A stretch of DNA of 64,000 nucleotides from the NCBI GenBank assembly GCA_963693365.1, contig CAVNZM010000005.1, positions 248,001 through 312,000 of the forward strand. The letters run 5' to 3'. The stretch is from Amoebidium appalachense. Its lineage: Eukaryota > Protista > Ichthyosporea. The translations under genes and the position numbers were made by a program. Below are positions 25,364 through 39,883 of this stretch, piece after piece (position 1 is the stretch's first letter; every line of letters begins with the position of its first letter). The notes beneath the pieces were generated by a model. The model made no database searches. It was not told the origin of the DNA and saw only the letters and a list, made by a program, of their open reading frames with translations.

Positions 25364-25772
25364 ATGGCACAACCCGTAAGTTTCCTTGGGGCTTATGCTT
25401 GCGTAAAACACACACCACACACCTATATATCACTGATAATATTGAGATTTTTTGGTTAGTTTCTGGGGCAATATCCATCAGCTGACAACCAAAGAAGCGT
25501 GCTTTCCTTCCGGCACTTTGTCCCTTCCACCCTGGAGAGTGCATCATCATAGAAAAGGACGATATCAAACTGCATACGTCGAAAAAGTTATATTTTCAGC
25601 ACAACTACTGCAGTTTATGAAAGGTTGACTCCACGGTCTCGACTGCAGTAACACCAGCCCCCCCCCCCCCCCCCCCCACCCCTCAAACACACTCGCTTAC
25701 ATACTCTCCCCTTCTCCACCCCTCCTCCCCCCCCCCCTGCCCCTTCCCCTCACCCTCCCCCCTCCCCCCGCG

Positions 25773-25846
<74 letters not shown>

Positions 25847-26027
25847 GCACACCTGAGCACCTGGAGGCCGTGCTGCTGCAGCTGCTGCAGCCGGATAGTG
25901 CCATCATCAACGAGTACACGCAGCAGCTCAAGGCCGTGCTCAAAACCCCCAACGGTGTGGCCCTGCTGGTCCAGGTCCTGAGCGGCTCCCAGCATGTTGG
26001 AGTGTGTGCTCCCCCCCCCCCCCCCCC

Positions 26028-26065
<38 letters not shown>

Positions 26066-26255
26066 CCCCCTTCTTTCTCCCCCCCCCCTTCTTTCCCCCT
26101 CCCCCCCCCCCGGCCCCACCACACCCTCTCCTTGCTCCTGCCCGGCTTCGCTCCACCCTTAGGGGCCTGCACCTTTCTTCCAACAACACGCTTTATATCT
26201 GCGCAAGAACAAGATCTTTCCTACCTCAATGTTGCTTATTATACACCACTCGCAA

Positions 26256-26289
<34 letters not shown>

Positions 26290-26526
26290 CCGCCTCGAAA
26301 TCCCATCCATGCTTCTGCTCTCCTTCCCGTTCTCGTGCAGGTGCCTAGTGGCGCCCCGTTGTACCGATCCGCCTCCTTACTCAGGCTTTATGTGTCCACA
26401 GGTGCGTCAGATGGCTGCCGTTCTCCTCCGGCAGCGCATCATCAAGGTGTGGCTGCACCTCCCCGGGGCAGCAAAGGAGACAATAAAGGACACGCTGCTG
26501 CGCCAGGTGCTGCAGGACCCAGCGTA

Positions 26527-26624
<98 letters not shown>

Positions 26625-27231
26625 TGCACGCACACATACACACATACACACACTTGCACGTACACACACACGCACAGGCACACACAAACTACGCAAGCAC
26701 AGACAACCGTTTCCACACTCCTACACTACAGGCACAAAGCACATACATGCACACAAGTAGGGACAGATCAGACACACACCTGCACATGCACTCCCAGGTC
26801 GATGGACCCACCAACAGAACCCACATACCCACCAATCGATGTGCACACAGGGAGACAGCCTCATCACAGCCATACAGAGACACAGACACACAATCACACC
26901 GTAGTTCCACGCAGTCACGTACAGCACACACACGCACCCATATACGGCGATATTTTACTTCTTCACCGGTGCTGCACAACACATACACACATTACCCATA
27001 CACACAGACACACAAGCAAGCATGCACAGCATGGGTCAACAAGCAGCCCATTTCCCGTTTCCCCTCTTCTCAAGCAGCCCATTTCCCGTTTCCCCTCTCC
27101 TCAAGCAGCCCATTTCCCGTTTCTCCTCTCCTCAAGCAGCCCATTTCCCGTTCCCCCTCTCCTCAAGCAGCCCAATTCCCGTTTCCCCTCTCCTCAAGCA
27201 GCCCCATATCCTTCCTTCCATTTCCCCCCCA

Positions 27232-27271
<40 letters not shown>

Positions 27272-27802
27272 ACTTTCATCTCCTGCGATGAAACCCCACT
27301 TGATAATCCCCATCCCCCCCCAGGCGCACTGTGCAGCACGCTATTGCCGGGGTGATCAGTGTGATAGCCAAGCACGAGGTGCCGACCAACCAGTGGCCCA
27401 ACTTCATGCCCTGGCTCAACACGTGCAACCACAGCCAGACTCCTTTAGAGAGAGAGGTCCAACCCCCCCCCCCCCCCCCCCCCCCCCCCACCTTCCCACC
27501 CCCCTCCACCTTCTTCCCTGGCCACCAACCCCTCTTGCTCCAGCCGCCATTCTTACCCGTTTCCCCGCCCCATGCAAGGGGAGACGTCCGGTATGTATGT
27601 GTCTTTAGATTTTTTATTTTATTTATTTATTTATTTATTTATTTTTTTTGGGGGGGGGGGGGGGGAGGGGGGGAAAGGGGGGGGAGGGGGCATGGTTTGA
27701 GGGAGATGAAGGGGGGAAAGGGACAAAGGCCAATGATTATGTTGGTAGCAACGGTTTGGGAGACACATATAAAGGAGCTGATGGAGTATGGTGGGTGATT
27801 GG

Positions 27803-27896
<94 letters not shown>

Positions 27897-28414
27897 TCGG
27901 CATGTACGTGCTCAGCAGTCTGTGTGAGACCATGGGGGCGCAGCTCAAACCCTATCTCCCCTCTCTCTTTGAGCTGTTTGCTGCGGCCCTTCAGGACTCA
28001 CAGAGCCCCTCCGTGCCCCTCTTCACCATCAAGTATGTGGCATTCATGTTTCCTCCATGCTTCAAAGTCACTTGCTGTAGGGCACGTGTACAGCTACACC
28101 TGCTATAGCTCCTGCGCACACACAAAATTTTATAACCATGGCATGATTGCGTCCACACATACTCGCACACAAACTATCGCACGAGCGGGGAGCTCCTACA
28201 CACATCTACACACACAACACAGCGCATACGCACTCACGTCTCCCCCCCTCCCCCTCCCCCCCCCCCCTTCCCTCCCCCCCGCGTGAAATCTTCAGTCCTT
28301 TGTCATTGGCCCGTGGTGTGCCCTCACCTTTTTTTTTGTTTGTTTAGCCATCCCTGTGCCCTCGTATTGGGAGTGCACCCCTCCCCCTCCCTCCCCCCCG
28401 CCCCCCCTCCTCCC

Positions 28415-28465
<51 letters not shown>

Positions 28466-29459
28466 ACCTTTTGTTCATGTGCTCCGTCTGAGCTCACTGT
28501 CTGGTTACTTGCAGAACCATCACCGAGCTGACGGAGCACCTTGGAGACAAGGAGATGGTATGTGCATGTGGTTGGGTGAGGTAAAGGGTGCTGGGGGGTG
28601 GCGGGGCAATGGGTGGAATGGAGAGTGGGTGGGGGCAGGCATGTGGTCTCATGTTGCTGAGGGTTGCGTGGGTGGTAATGATGAAGTGGGTGGTGGTGAT
28701 GGAGCGAGGGTTTCAACAAAATCTTAGAGGCCATGTTTTTTTCCCCCTTTGTTTTTGTGGGGCGGTTGCCAAACCTAAAGGCGATGCTTTGTCCACACAT
28801 GGGATTGAATGCGCTTAGTCACGGTGTGTGCACATGGCTAACACGTGCTCTGAAGCACCTAGTGCGGGGGGTACTGCCCTTGATCCTGCAGGTGATCAGG
28901 AACACACTGGGCCAGGACGAGCAGGAGGCTGTCACGGCCATGCAGTTCTTTGACGAGCTGATAGACATGGTAGGGGGGATGACGTCACGCATATGGAGGG
29001 AAGGGGGGAGGGGGTACGTAGGAGCTCATAGACAGGGTGTGTGGAAAGGGGGGGGGGAGGGGGGAGAGGGGGGGACGGGGAGGGGGGAGGGGATTAGGCA
29101 GGAGCTCATAGAAATGGTGGGAGGGGGGCTTTTAGACATGGTGATGGTGGGAGCTAGTTGTAGACATGGTGTTTGGGGGGGAGCTAGTTGTAGACATGGT
29201 GTTTGGGGGGGAGGTTAGACGTGGTGAGGGTGGATGGGGTGTGGGGTTAGGGTAGCAGCTCACAGACATGGGTGTGTGTGTATGGGGGAGGGGGGAGGGG
29301 GAGCAGGGGAAGAGTAATTGGCGACAGGGGGGGGATGGGGTGTGTGTGTGTGTGTGGGGGGGGGGGGGAGACGAGCGGGAGACACTTGGGGAAGAGCGCA
29401 GGAGAAAATATTCGAGGGAAGGTTTGGAAGAATGTGTGCGTGTGTGTGTGGGGAGATGC

Positions 29460-29490
<31 letters not shown>

Positions 29491-31575
29491 GGCTATCGGC
29501 AGTCAGTGGGCCAGCACATGTGCAGACTGCATAGTCCATACTGTGCGCATGGGCAGGTGGTGGGATGGTGTAAGCTCACAATCACGTGCATGTGCACTGC
29601 TGACTGGGGTGATATGGGCCCACTGTATCGTGTGCATGTGCACTGCTGACCAGTGCCTGTGCAGGATGTGCCACTGAAGGGCGAGGAGGTCAAGGGGCTG
29701 ATTGGGTTCTTCCTGGACGTTGCAGCCAACAGGAACCTGGAGAACACAACAAGGGTCACGGCCCTGAGCCACATCATGTTCCTCACTAACAGGTCCGTGC
29801 CTTCTCTGTCTAGCTTGGAACCCACCCTGCCATCCCACCCCCCCTTTCCCCCCTCTCTCCCCCTCCCCTCCCTCAACACCTCTTTCCCCCGTCCCCTTTC
29901 CTTAACACACACACAACCCTTGTCCCCCCCCCCTTGCCCTTTCCCTTGTCCGGGCCCCCCTTAAGGATGTGTTGCACATGTGTGTTTGCATGGCTGAGCA
30001 CAGTGCATTGTAGAATGCCATGTCTGTGCACATGTGTGTTTGCATGGCTGAGCACGGTACTGTGTAGAATGCCATGTCTGTGCACATGTGTGTTTGCATG
30101 GCTGAGCACAGTGCTGTGTAGAATGCCATGTCTGTGCACATGTGTGTTTGCATGGCTGAGCACAGTGCTGTGTAGAATGCCATGTCTGTGCACATGTGTG
30201 TTTGCATGGCTGAGCACAGTGCTGTGTAGAATGCCATGTCTGTGCACATGTGTGTTTGAATGGCTGAGCACAGTGCTGTGCAGAATGCCATGTCTGTGGT
30301 CTATACCATTGTTCCAGCATTCCAACCCCCCTTCCCCCTCAGCCAGAGCAAGTTTCTTGCATCCAGCGGGCTGGTGGGGGACATACTCAACCACGTGTTT
30401 CCGATTATGGCCGAGGCAGACGGGGAGGAGGAGGAGGACGAGGACGATGATGTGGAGATACCGGCTAGCAGGGTGCGTGCAAGTGCATGCACACAGCCAT
30501 GCACGTGCATGCACACAGCCATGCACGTGCATGCTTACAGCCATGCACGTGCACACCTGCTCATGCACACACACACACAGCCAAGCACGTGCACACCTGC
30601 TCATGCACACACACACACAGCCATGCACGTGCACACCTGCTCATGCACACACACACACAGCCATGCACGTGCACACCTGCTTATGCGCCTAGACGCATGC
30701 ATACATGTGCACACTTGCTCATGTACATACACGGTTCATACAGGCATGTCCCTGCGCATTTCCTTGCGTTTCTTGTGTACCTGCACACACAGGCATAGAA
30801 ATGCACACCGGCCACACACGGGGGTACTCATCTGCTTGCCTGCCCATGCTGCCTTCAAGTACATCTGCCCAGACATTTGGCACTGACGCATGCACGTGCC
30901 ATGATCACTGTGCGCTATCTGCACGTGCAAGCTTGCGCCCTTGTGCAAGCATGTGCATGGGGTGGGTTGCATGTGCAGTCATCGTGGTTCTTCCAATACT
31001 GTTCGGAGTATTCCAGTTGCTTCCCTCGTCCTGGGTACCTCGGCCACGTGCACACACCCCCTCCCACGTGCAAGCACTAAACCCCTACTCCCCCAGTTTG
31101 CAGCGCAGATCATCGACACGTTTGCGCTCAACCTGCCCCCCACTGCCGTTGTGGGCCCAGCGCTGCAGCTAGTGGGCCAGGCCAGCCAGAGCCCTGACCC
31201 TCACCACAGAAAGGCCGCAATGGTCACCCTCATGGTGCGTGCTACTTGTCTACTGCTCACACTTATTTCGTCCAACACAAACAGTGACGGGCACGCACAC
31301 ACAAACCTGTGCTGCATGTACAGCACCTTGGCAGCCGATCAGCATGTTCACTTTGCCTCCTCCTCCCGCCCTTTTTACTTGACTGCATTAGCAAAGTCCT
31401 TCCACCTGCCCTAAACACGTTGCAGCCTAACTGGAAGAAAGCAAACCCAACCCAGACCCCCATGCTGAAATCCCCTTTCTCTATCCTAACTGACCTCCAC
31501 CCTTGCCAGGTGCTTGCCGAGGGCTGCTCCGAGGCGCTCTGCAAAATCCTCACCGACATTCTTCCAGTCGTACGT

Positions 31576-31622
<47 letters not shown>

Positions 31623-32303
31623 AAAAAAAAAAAAAGAAAGAAAGAAAATGGGGGGACGGGGGGGGGGGGGGGGGGAGCTATTTCCGAGACCCCCAGGGCC
31701 CAGTTCACAGCACTACGACATACCCCAACCAATGTCATACCCTCCCCAACCCCCCCCCCCCTGTGCATACGACTAATACTATGCGTGTAGCTGTACCGTG
31801 GCCTGGAGGATTCAGAGGTGGTCGTCAGAGAGGCTGCCTGCCTGGCTCTCTCTCAGTTTGCACGTGAGATCCCCCCCCCCCCCCCCCCACCTCCCTGCTG
31901 GACATACGCCCCAACATGCATGCACACCCACATGATACCAGCACACACATTGGCGAGCCGACACATTCGACATGTTTGCTCTCTGATATGGCATTTTGCC
32001 TATCATTCCGTCAAATTTACTGGCGTGCAATTTAGACCCCCCCTGACGCTGCACTTGGACCCCCCAGAGTATCTGCAGCCGGACATAAGCGACCACTGTG
32101 ATGCCGTGCTGAGCCGCCTGTTTCTGTCCCTGGACTCCTCGTCCAATGAGCTGCGAGAGAAGTCATGCTATGCCCTGCAGACCTTTGCAGAGCAGCTGGG
32201 TAGGCCAACCACTGCACCCAGTACATCACAGCCACAATATGCATATGGACACCACCACCACAATGTGCATATAATATGAGACACTATTGCACGTACCCCC
32301 CCC

Positions 32304-32336
<33 letters not shown>

Positions 32337-32362
32337 TTCCCCGCCCCGCACCCGCCCGGCCT

Positions 32363-32401
<39 letters not shown>

Positions 32402-32806
32402 CCCCGTGCCGTGCTGATGATTCCAATGATCACCACGTGCACCCCACCCCTTCCCTGCCCTCAGTCTTATTGGCTGCGGTCTCTTGAAGCATCCGTTCTC
32501 CTTTTCACTGTGTCCCCTGTGATGCACAGACCTCCTGCTTCTCTTCAAAGTGTCACAGGCATGCTTGTGGCGCACACACCGACGAAGACACTTAGCATGC
32601 ACGGGGTGTTCAAGCATATTTGAGAAACCCCAAAACAGTGTGTGCGCCCCATACCCCCACTAACACGCTCTTACAGGTGAGCGTGTGGTGCCCTATGTGC
32701 CCGCCATGATGAAGCAACTGCACAGCATGCTAGTGGGAGGCACGAGGCCCGTGCAGGAGGTGGCCGTGCTGGCTGTGGCTGCCGTGGCCGCATCGGCTGG
32801 CCCGGT

Positions 32807-32893
<87 letters not shown>

Positions 32894-33346
32894 AGCGCGC
32901 ACGCACGCACGCGCATGTGTTTTGTGGGGAAAGGTGGGGGGGGGGGGAAGGAGTGTGTCATTTTGGGGGGGAGGAAGGGGGGAAGGGGGAGGAGGAGTGG
33001 GGGGGGGGGGGGGGGGACGGGAGAATAGTGCATGCCTTGTGTTGCTGTTTTGGTGAGAGCTCTGTGAGGGTCGGTGGTGGTTTGGGCTTGTGCGCATCCC
33101 CCGCCACCCACCACCCACCCACCCACCTTCCCCGTTTTCTACCAAACAAATGGGAGGAGCAAGTCTTCAGATATGGACAATAAATATGCATTGGTCCTGG
33201 GGCTACTAGATGCCAACCACAATCGGCACACAGGCAGGACACAACGTGCCCCCATGCTGTCGTTTTCTTATACCCCCCCCCCCTCCCCCCTCTCCCCCCC
33301 CCTCCCCCCTCCCCTCTTGCCCAACATACATGAATAAACACGCGCG

Positions 33347-33396
<50 letters not shown>

Positions 33397-34433
33397 CGTT
33401 TGAGCCCTATGTGGGTGAGGTATTTGGGCTTCTCAAGCAGCTCATGAGCTCCACCAGTGAGGAGACAACCACACTCAGGGCCCATGCAACTGATGCTATT
33501 GGGGCCATCGTAAAGGGCATGGGTAGGCCCTACTTCGAGGTACATATGCTTTTTTTTTTTCCCCGGGGGGGGGGGGGGGGGGGGGGGAGGATGGAGGGGG
33601 GGGGGGGGGGGGAGGGGGGCCGGGGGGAGGGAGAGGGAAGAGAAAAGGAGGAGGAGGGGGAGAGGGGGGAAAGCTGCTATTAATCGATTTATTAAATGTA
33701 GATTTGGGCAGGTGGGAGGGGAGGCTGGGAAGGACATCGGGCTTGGTATGTGGGGCTAGCAGTGTGTTGGTGTCTGGTGTAAGTAAGGAGGACAAGAGTA
33801 ATGGGGGAGGGGGGGGGGGGGCAACTACTTGTAGGTGGGGGAAAGATAAGGACAGGATCATAGAGGGATTGGTGGTGGCAGTGGCCGGATGCAGATTTCT
33901 ATGCCCAGACATTGTAAATGGGTCGGAAAGGAGGGTGATTGTGGAGGAGGCAAGGGTGAGGTAGGGAGGTTGCGACATGGGTCAAAGCCAAATGTGCCGT
34001 GGGACCTACGATACATGCGGGTAGAGAGGATGGGGTGGGGAGACGGGGAATGGGGGGTGTGGTGGTGGTGGGGGGGGGGGGGCAGCGAAAAGGCCTGTTC
34101 TGTCTGACGCCATTTTACGTGCAGGGCCAGCTAGCCGACCTGATGGCTGTTTCCATGGCCGGGCTGGAGCTGGAGGACCCCGAGATCACGCAGTGCACAT
34201 TCGGCCTGTGGGCTTCCCTTGCCAGCGTATTCAGGGTGCGTGGGTTGGGGGGGGGGGGGGGGGGGGGGGGAGGTGGGGGGAGGGGGGTGGGTGCGGGGGT
34301 GGATGTGGGTGTGAGGGTGTGTGCCCTTGCCTGTGGGTGTGGGAAATATGTGCAGGTTGGTTGCAGGGTTGATGGGTAGGGGGGATGGGGGGTGGCTGTG
34401 CTTGTTGTGTGGCCGTGGATGCTCTTGAGAGGA

Positions 34434-34479
<46 letters not shown>

Positions 34480-37400
34480 GCACCGACATACATTCAATAA
34501 TGTCCGGGCCACCTGCACGCGTTGGAATTGAAACACAAGGATCCCCAAAGGCTTCCAGTATCCCCAACTCAAATCCCTACCACTGATTCATGCCACTCTG
34601 CCACAGGACGACTTTGCCGGCTACCTGCCGCAGTGCGTACCCCACATCATGGCCATGGTCGAGTCCACTGAGGGCGTGGTGCAGCACAGGGCCACGGATG
34701 GTGGGTGGGGCTGGTCGGGTGGGTGGGTGGGGGGGGGGGGGGGGGAGGGGTTGTGTGTTGGTGTGCTTGATTGTGATGTTGGCACTCTGATGGGTGGGTG
34801 TTGTGAAGATCCGGAGCAAAGGTAAGTATTGCTGGATGTAGGAGAGGAAGGGGTCAGAGAAAAAAGATAGGTTTACGTTCAAGGTTATGTTGTATCCTAT
34901 GGATATGTTTTTTTCAAGGGATATGTTTGATCCAGGGGATTCGTTTGTTATGTATAGGTTATAGGACATGTTGCATCTATGTTATGTGCAGGTTATATCC
35001 ACAGGTATGTTTGCATCTATGATATGTGCAGGGTATATCCAAAGGCCATGTTATATCCAATGTATGTGATATATCCGCATGACACCCACACCTGGTTGCA
35101 TGCAGACAACACGGTCAACATTGACAGTGGGGATGAGGATGAGGGGGAGGTGGAGTCATGCACCGTCATAGCGGCCTACATGGATGCCAAGGAGACGGCC
35201 ATCAATGCACTGGCCAGCCTGGCCGAGGACCTGCCGCATGCCCTGGTGCCCACCATGGAGCCCATGCTGCCTGTGCTCTTGGACCTATTGGCTTACAAGT
35301 TCAGTGCTGAGGTCAAGAAGGCTGCTGCTACCTGCCTTGTTCGTATGTTTCCATCGTGCAGCCCTTTTTCATACCCCTCCCCCAAAACCACCTCGTCCCC
35401 ATTTCCCCCCCCCCCCCCCCCCCAACCTTTCAAGTGCATGCCATGTTGTGTCCTGTGTCCTGCACTGTGTTTTGTATGGTGTAGATGCACTTCGTGCCGT
35501 GTTTCCGTCTTTCCATTTTTGTCAAACTAGGTCAATCCCGAGTGTGGTATTTGTGTGTATGCCCTGTCCTGGCAGCTCTGCTGGACTCCGCTTCCCTTTC
35601 TCCCTTTTGCTTGGCTTTGCTCCCTGTCCCTCAGTGTTGTGATAGCTAACCACCCCACCCCCATTGCTAACACCCCCACGACACCGACAGAGTTCATGGT
35701 GTCTGTCTGTATCGTCTTCCCATCCGCTGCCCCGTGGGTTGCCGGCCTGCCAGTGGTAAGTATGCTGATAGGTGGTTTGGCCTCCATTCCCTCGCTGGTG
35801 TGGCATCGATATAATAAAGGGAACTACTGGCTCACCACCACCTTGGCAAGAGTAAAAGAAGGAGGGGAGGGGTTGTGTGCGGGTGTTTGACCCGTTGACG
35901 AATGGGCTTGGTGCAGGCTCGTCCCTGTTTGATGCACGTGTGTGCTTGCAGGTTTAACTGTGCGCATGTGTGTGGGTGATTGGGGGCGTCTTAATGTGGG
36001 TGTAGGTGGGTGGATGGATTGGTGCCCACGTGTATGTGTGCAGATGCGCGGATGCTGCTGTGCGTGCATTGGATGTTTTTTATGCACTGTGTGTGTGCAC
36101 GTGCGCATGTTTGCCGATAGATTTGCACGTGCACAAGTTTGCCGATAGATTTGCACGTGCACATGGCTAGTGTGCATATGTCCACCTGCACTTGTGCTGA
36201 CTGGCTGTGCAGCAGGTGCCCCTGTCTGCACAGGGCAACGCCATAGTGGAGACGGTCATGCCCCGCCTCGTCTCCATCATGCAGGCCGACGAGGACAGGT
36301 ACAGCCACACAGACACACACACCCGAGCACGTGCAAGCGTATGCACTCACACTCACAGGTTACATATCTACCACACCTGCCTCACTGTTGCGTGTTGTTT
36401 GGCCTGTTCTTTTGTGTGCCAAGCACTCTTCTTGGTGCACACACCACACACGGACTGCGTGTGCACCGGGTGTTGGGTCGGGTTGTCACCCATAGCCTTG
36501 TGTTGTGATCACATGAGGTGGGTGCGTGAAACAGATGGCTGGGGGTCATTCCAAATACGCAAAGATACAAGTGTGATGCTTTGTGTGCCCGTTTGACGTT
36601 TGCTGCTCTGACGCCACCCTGCCTCCCAGGCTTGTGGTGTTGGCTGTGTGTGAAGCCCTTCGTGAGAGCCTCATCAAGATTGGTCCCGCAGCAATCGCAA
36701 ACTGTATGTCCTCCCCCCCCCCCCCCTCCCCCCCCCTCCCCCCCCTCGCCCCCATGGCTCTCTATTGCCACACAACACACACATACCCACACACATGAGT
36801 GCGCCGCGAGAGAAAAAGTTGACAAGCTTCCGTCCCCCCCCCCCCCCCCCCCCCCCCCCAACCCCCTCCCCGGACCTCGTGGTGCGGTGCATGTGTGTCG
36901 GTGGGTGGTGTCCCCCCCCTCGCCCCCCTGGATCACTATGGCCACACAACACACCCATACCCACACACATGCGTGTGCCACCCAAGCCCGAAAATTCAGA
37001 CCTTTTTTCTCGGTATTTTTTCAAGCCCCGGTGTATTTTCGCCCGGGGGGTATGGTATTTTTCTTCCCAAGTCAATGGAGGATAAAGGAGGGGCCCTACT
37101 GTAACTTACCATGAAACTTGCGGGGGCTTACCATAAACTGAAATTTTGATGGTATTTTTGAAAACTTTTGGGTATTTTTTACCGTAAAAACGGGGTTATG
37201 GTCGGGCTTGGTGCCACCGGAGAAAAAAATGACAACAGTACACCTTCAATTTGCCCTCCTCCCCCCTGGGGGGGACCCAGTGGTGTGGTGCATGTGTGTC
37301 ATTGGGTGGTGTTTTTATCTCTCCGTGTGGGACATATTTCATGCGAATAAATTCAACAAGCCATTGAGGGCAAGGGGCATGACAAGTACCCTGGTCAGAG

Positions 37401-39816
37401 GAGGAGGGGAAGTAGTTGATCACAAGTGCTACCAGGTGATGTGAGATGCACATGTATGGGCACATGCACGTGTCTGCTAACACGTGATGGGGCGCAGTTG
37501 CCGAGGCCTGGGTGACGACTGTGTCCCGATTGGTGCAGGGTCAGGCCACGTGCCAGAACATCGAAATAGAGGACGATGAGGATGCAGAGGTGTGTGGTGT
37601 GTGCTGTGCGCATGGTGTGTGCTGTGTGCATGCTGTGGTAAGTCGTAGGATGTAGCCGCTTGGTGTGACATTGCCTGCCGGGTTTACGTACTTGCTTTTT
37701 GCTGCATCTGACCCATGTGGCTGGTGTGCTTCTCTGGTTACTGTTTGTACGTACTAGCGGGCCCCTCATGCCATTGATTGTGTATCGTGCACTTTTTCAC
37801 GGTACACCCCATTCTAACACCCCCTCCCCCCCCCTCCCCAGCACTCTGTGGCAGAGTACGACAGCATGCTGATCGAGACGGCCTGCGAGCTGATTGGTGT
37901 GACGGCCAAGCTGTGCGGGCCCACCTTCCAGGGGCAGTACATGGACCACTTCCTCAAGCTGCTGCTCAGGTTCTACGTAAGTGCTCCTGAGTATACCACA
38001 CCCATAACCCTTCCAAGGTTGGAGACACACCGGAAAACTAAACTGTTGCTAAAAGAAGGAAAGAGCATAGGAATTGTTGGCATTAATGCTTCAAAGTTGT
38101 GTGTTTTGATTTCAGTGTGTAGTTGTGTGTTTTGGGAGGGGAAGCATACATAAATCCCCGCCCGTGCTGACATGCACTATGCCTGGCATTATTACCACCC
38201 CCTGACCCTGTGGCCCCCTCAGCGCAAGAAGAGTGCGCCCAGTGAGCGGTCTGTGTGCATGGCCACCATAGCCGATATCATCGAGGGCATGGGCAGTGCG
38301 GTCGTGCCCTATGTGGAGGTAAATCGTACTGCTCACACATGCATGCATGCATATATGCACACATGCATGCATGCATATATGCACACATGCATGCATGTAT
38401 ATATGCACACATACATACATGCATTTATGCACACATACATGCATGCATATATGCACACATACATGCATGCATATATGCACACATACATGGAGGCACAAGG
38501 CACATGCACATGCACATGCACATGCACACATGCACACACATGCGAACATGCACACACACACACACTCACACACACACTCACACACACACACACCGAGCTG
38601 CGCCACCATGCACCTTCCTGCCCCATGCTGCTGCCACCCTACTCGAACAATTTCTTGTGTTTCATTGCCGTGCTTTCTACCAGTATGCTTGTCTGCCACA
38701 CCACGAACCTTGCCCACACTCACCTGCCACCCTTCAGACCCTGTACACTACGCTGCACAAGGGCCTGTCCGATGCTGAGCCCGAGGTGCGCAGCAATGCA
38801 GCCTTTGCCCTTGGCCTCCTAGCCCAGCATGCAGGGCCCACCCTGCAGCCCCACTACCTGGCCCTGCTGCAGGCATTGCACCCCCTCTTCAGCAACCAGC
38901 CCCAGCCAGAGGCCACAGACAATGCCTGTGGGGCTGTGTGCCGCATGATCATGGCCGGCCCAGACTGCCTGCCTCTGCAGCAGGTGCGTGCAGTATATTG
39001 TTTGGTGTCTAATAGCATCGGTGTGGGGAAGGGGGGGGGGAGGAGGGGAGGAGGGGCGGGGTTTGCAGAGAAATACCGGCATCTCTTTGCCTTGGACGAT
39101 CATCCGTTGTAGTGATATCGTCCACATGCAACTAACACAAGTGTTTGTTTGTTTTTGTTTTTTTGTTTTTTTTCTTTTGGGGGGGGTGGGTGGGGGGAGG
39201 GGGGGGGGGGGGGCTGTTTGGTGGTGCAAGGAATGTGAGGGGGGGGGGGGGGGAGGGGGGGGGGTTAGAGAAATGGTTGACGGAGGCAAGTAGACAACCA
39301 AATGAGTGCTTTGGATGGTCGAATTCCTCTTGTTTGCTGCCGTCCGAAAGGTCTTTACCATCACGTCACCTGTTGCCTGTTCCTTTCCTCGTTTGTGTTT
39401 GCCATGCAGTGTGGGGTGGTTGCTGTGAGGCCCACCTGGTGCTCTCTGTCTCACCTGTCGCATATATGCATGCAGGTGCTGCCCGTGCTTGTGGCTGCAC
39501 TGCCCCTCAAGGCCGACTTCGAAGAGAACGACGTTGTCTTCCACACCATCTTTACCCTCATCCGTGCTGCAAACCCAACCGTATGTCCCCCACATGCACC
39601 CCCACACAGGAACTCTTGCGCTTCAATGGGCTTTGTTTTTCATGCACTTGCCCCTGTCCATTTTTGCGCCCTCCCCGACACCCCCTCCCCCCTCCCCCCC
39701 CCCCCCCCCCCCCCTTCCCCTTCGTCCAGCTGCCTTAACCCCCCCCTCCCCCCCGCCCCCGCCCCCGCCCCCCCCGCCCCCCCCCCCCCCTGTGCGTGTG
39801 TGTGCGCGCGAACACG

Positions 39817-39883
<67 letters not shown>

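Noticed and set aside
29974-30297. 54-bp repeats giving 18-aa periodic ORFs on both strands
   Set aside because: They lie inside an importin intron whose flanking exons join without them; this is an ordinary minisatellite.
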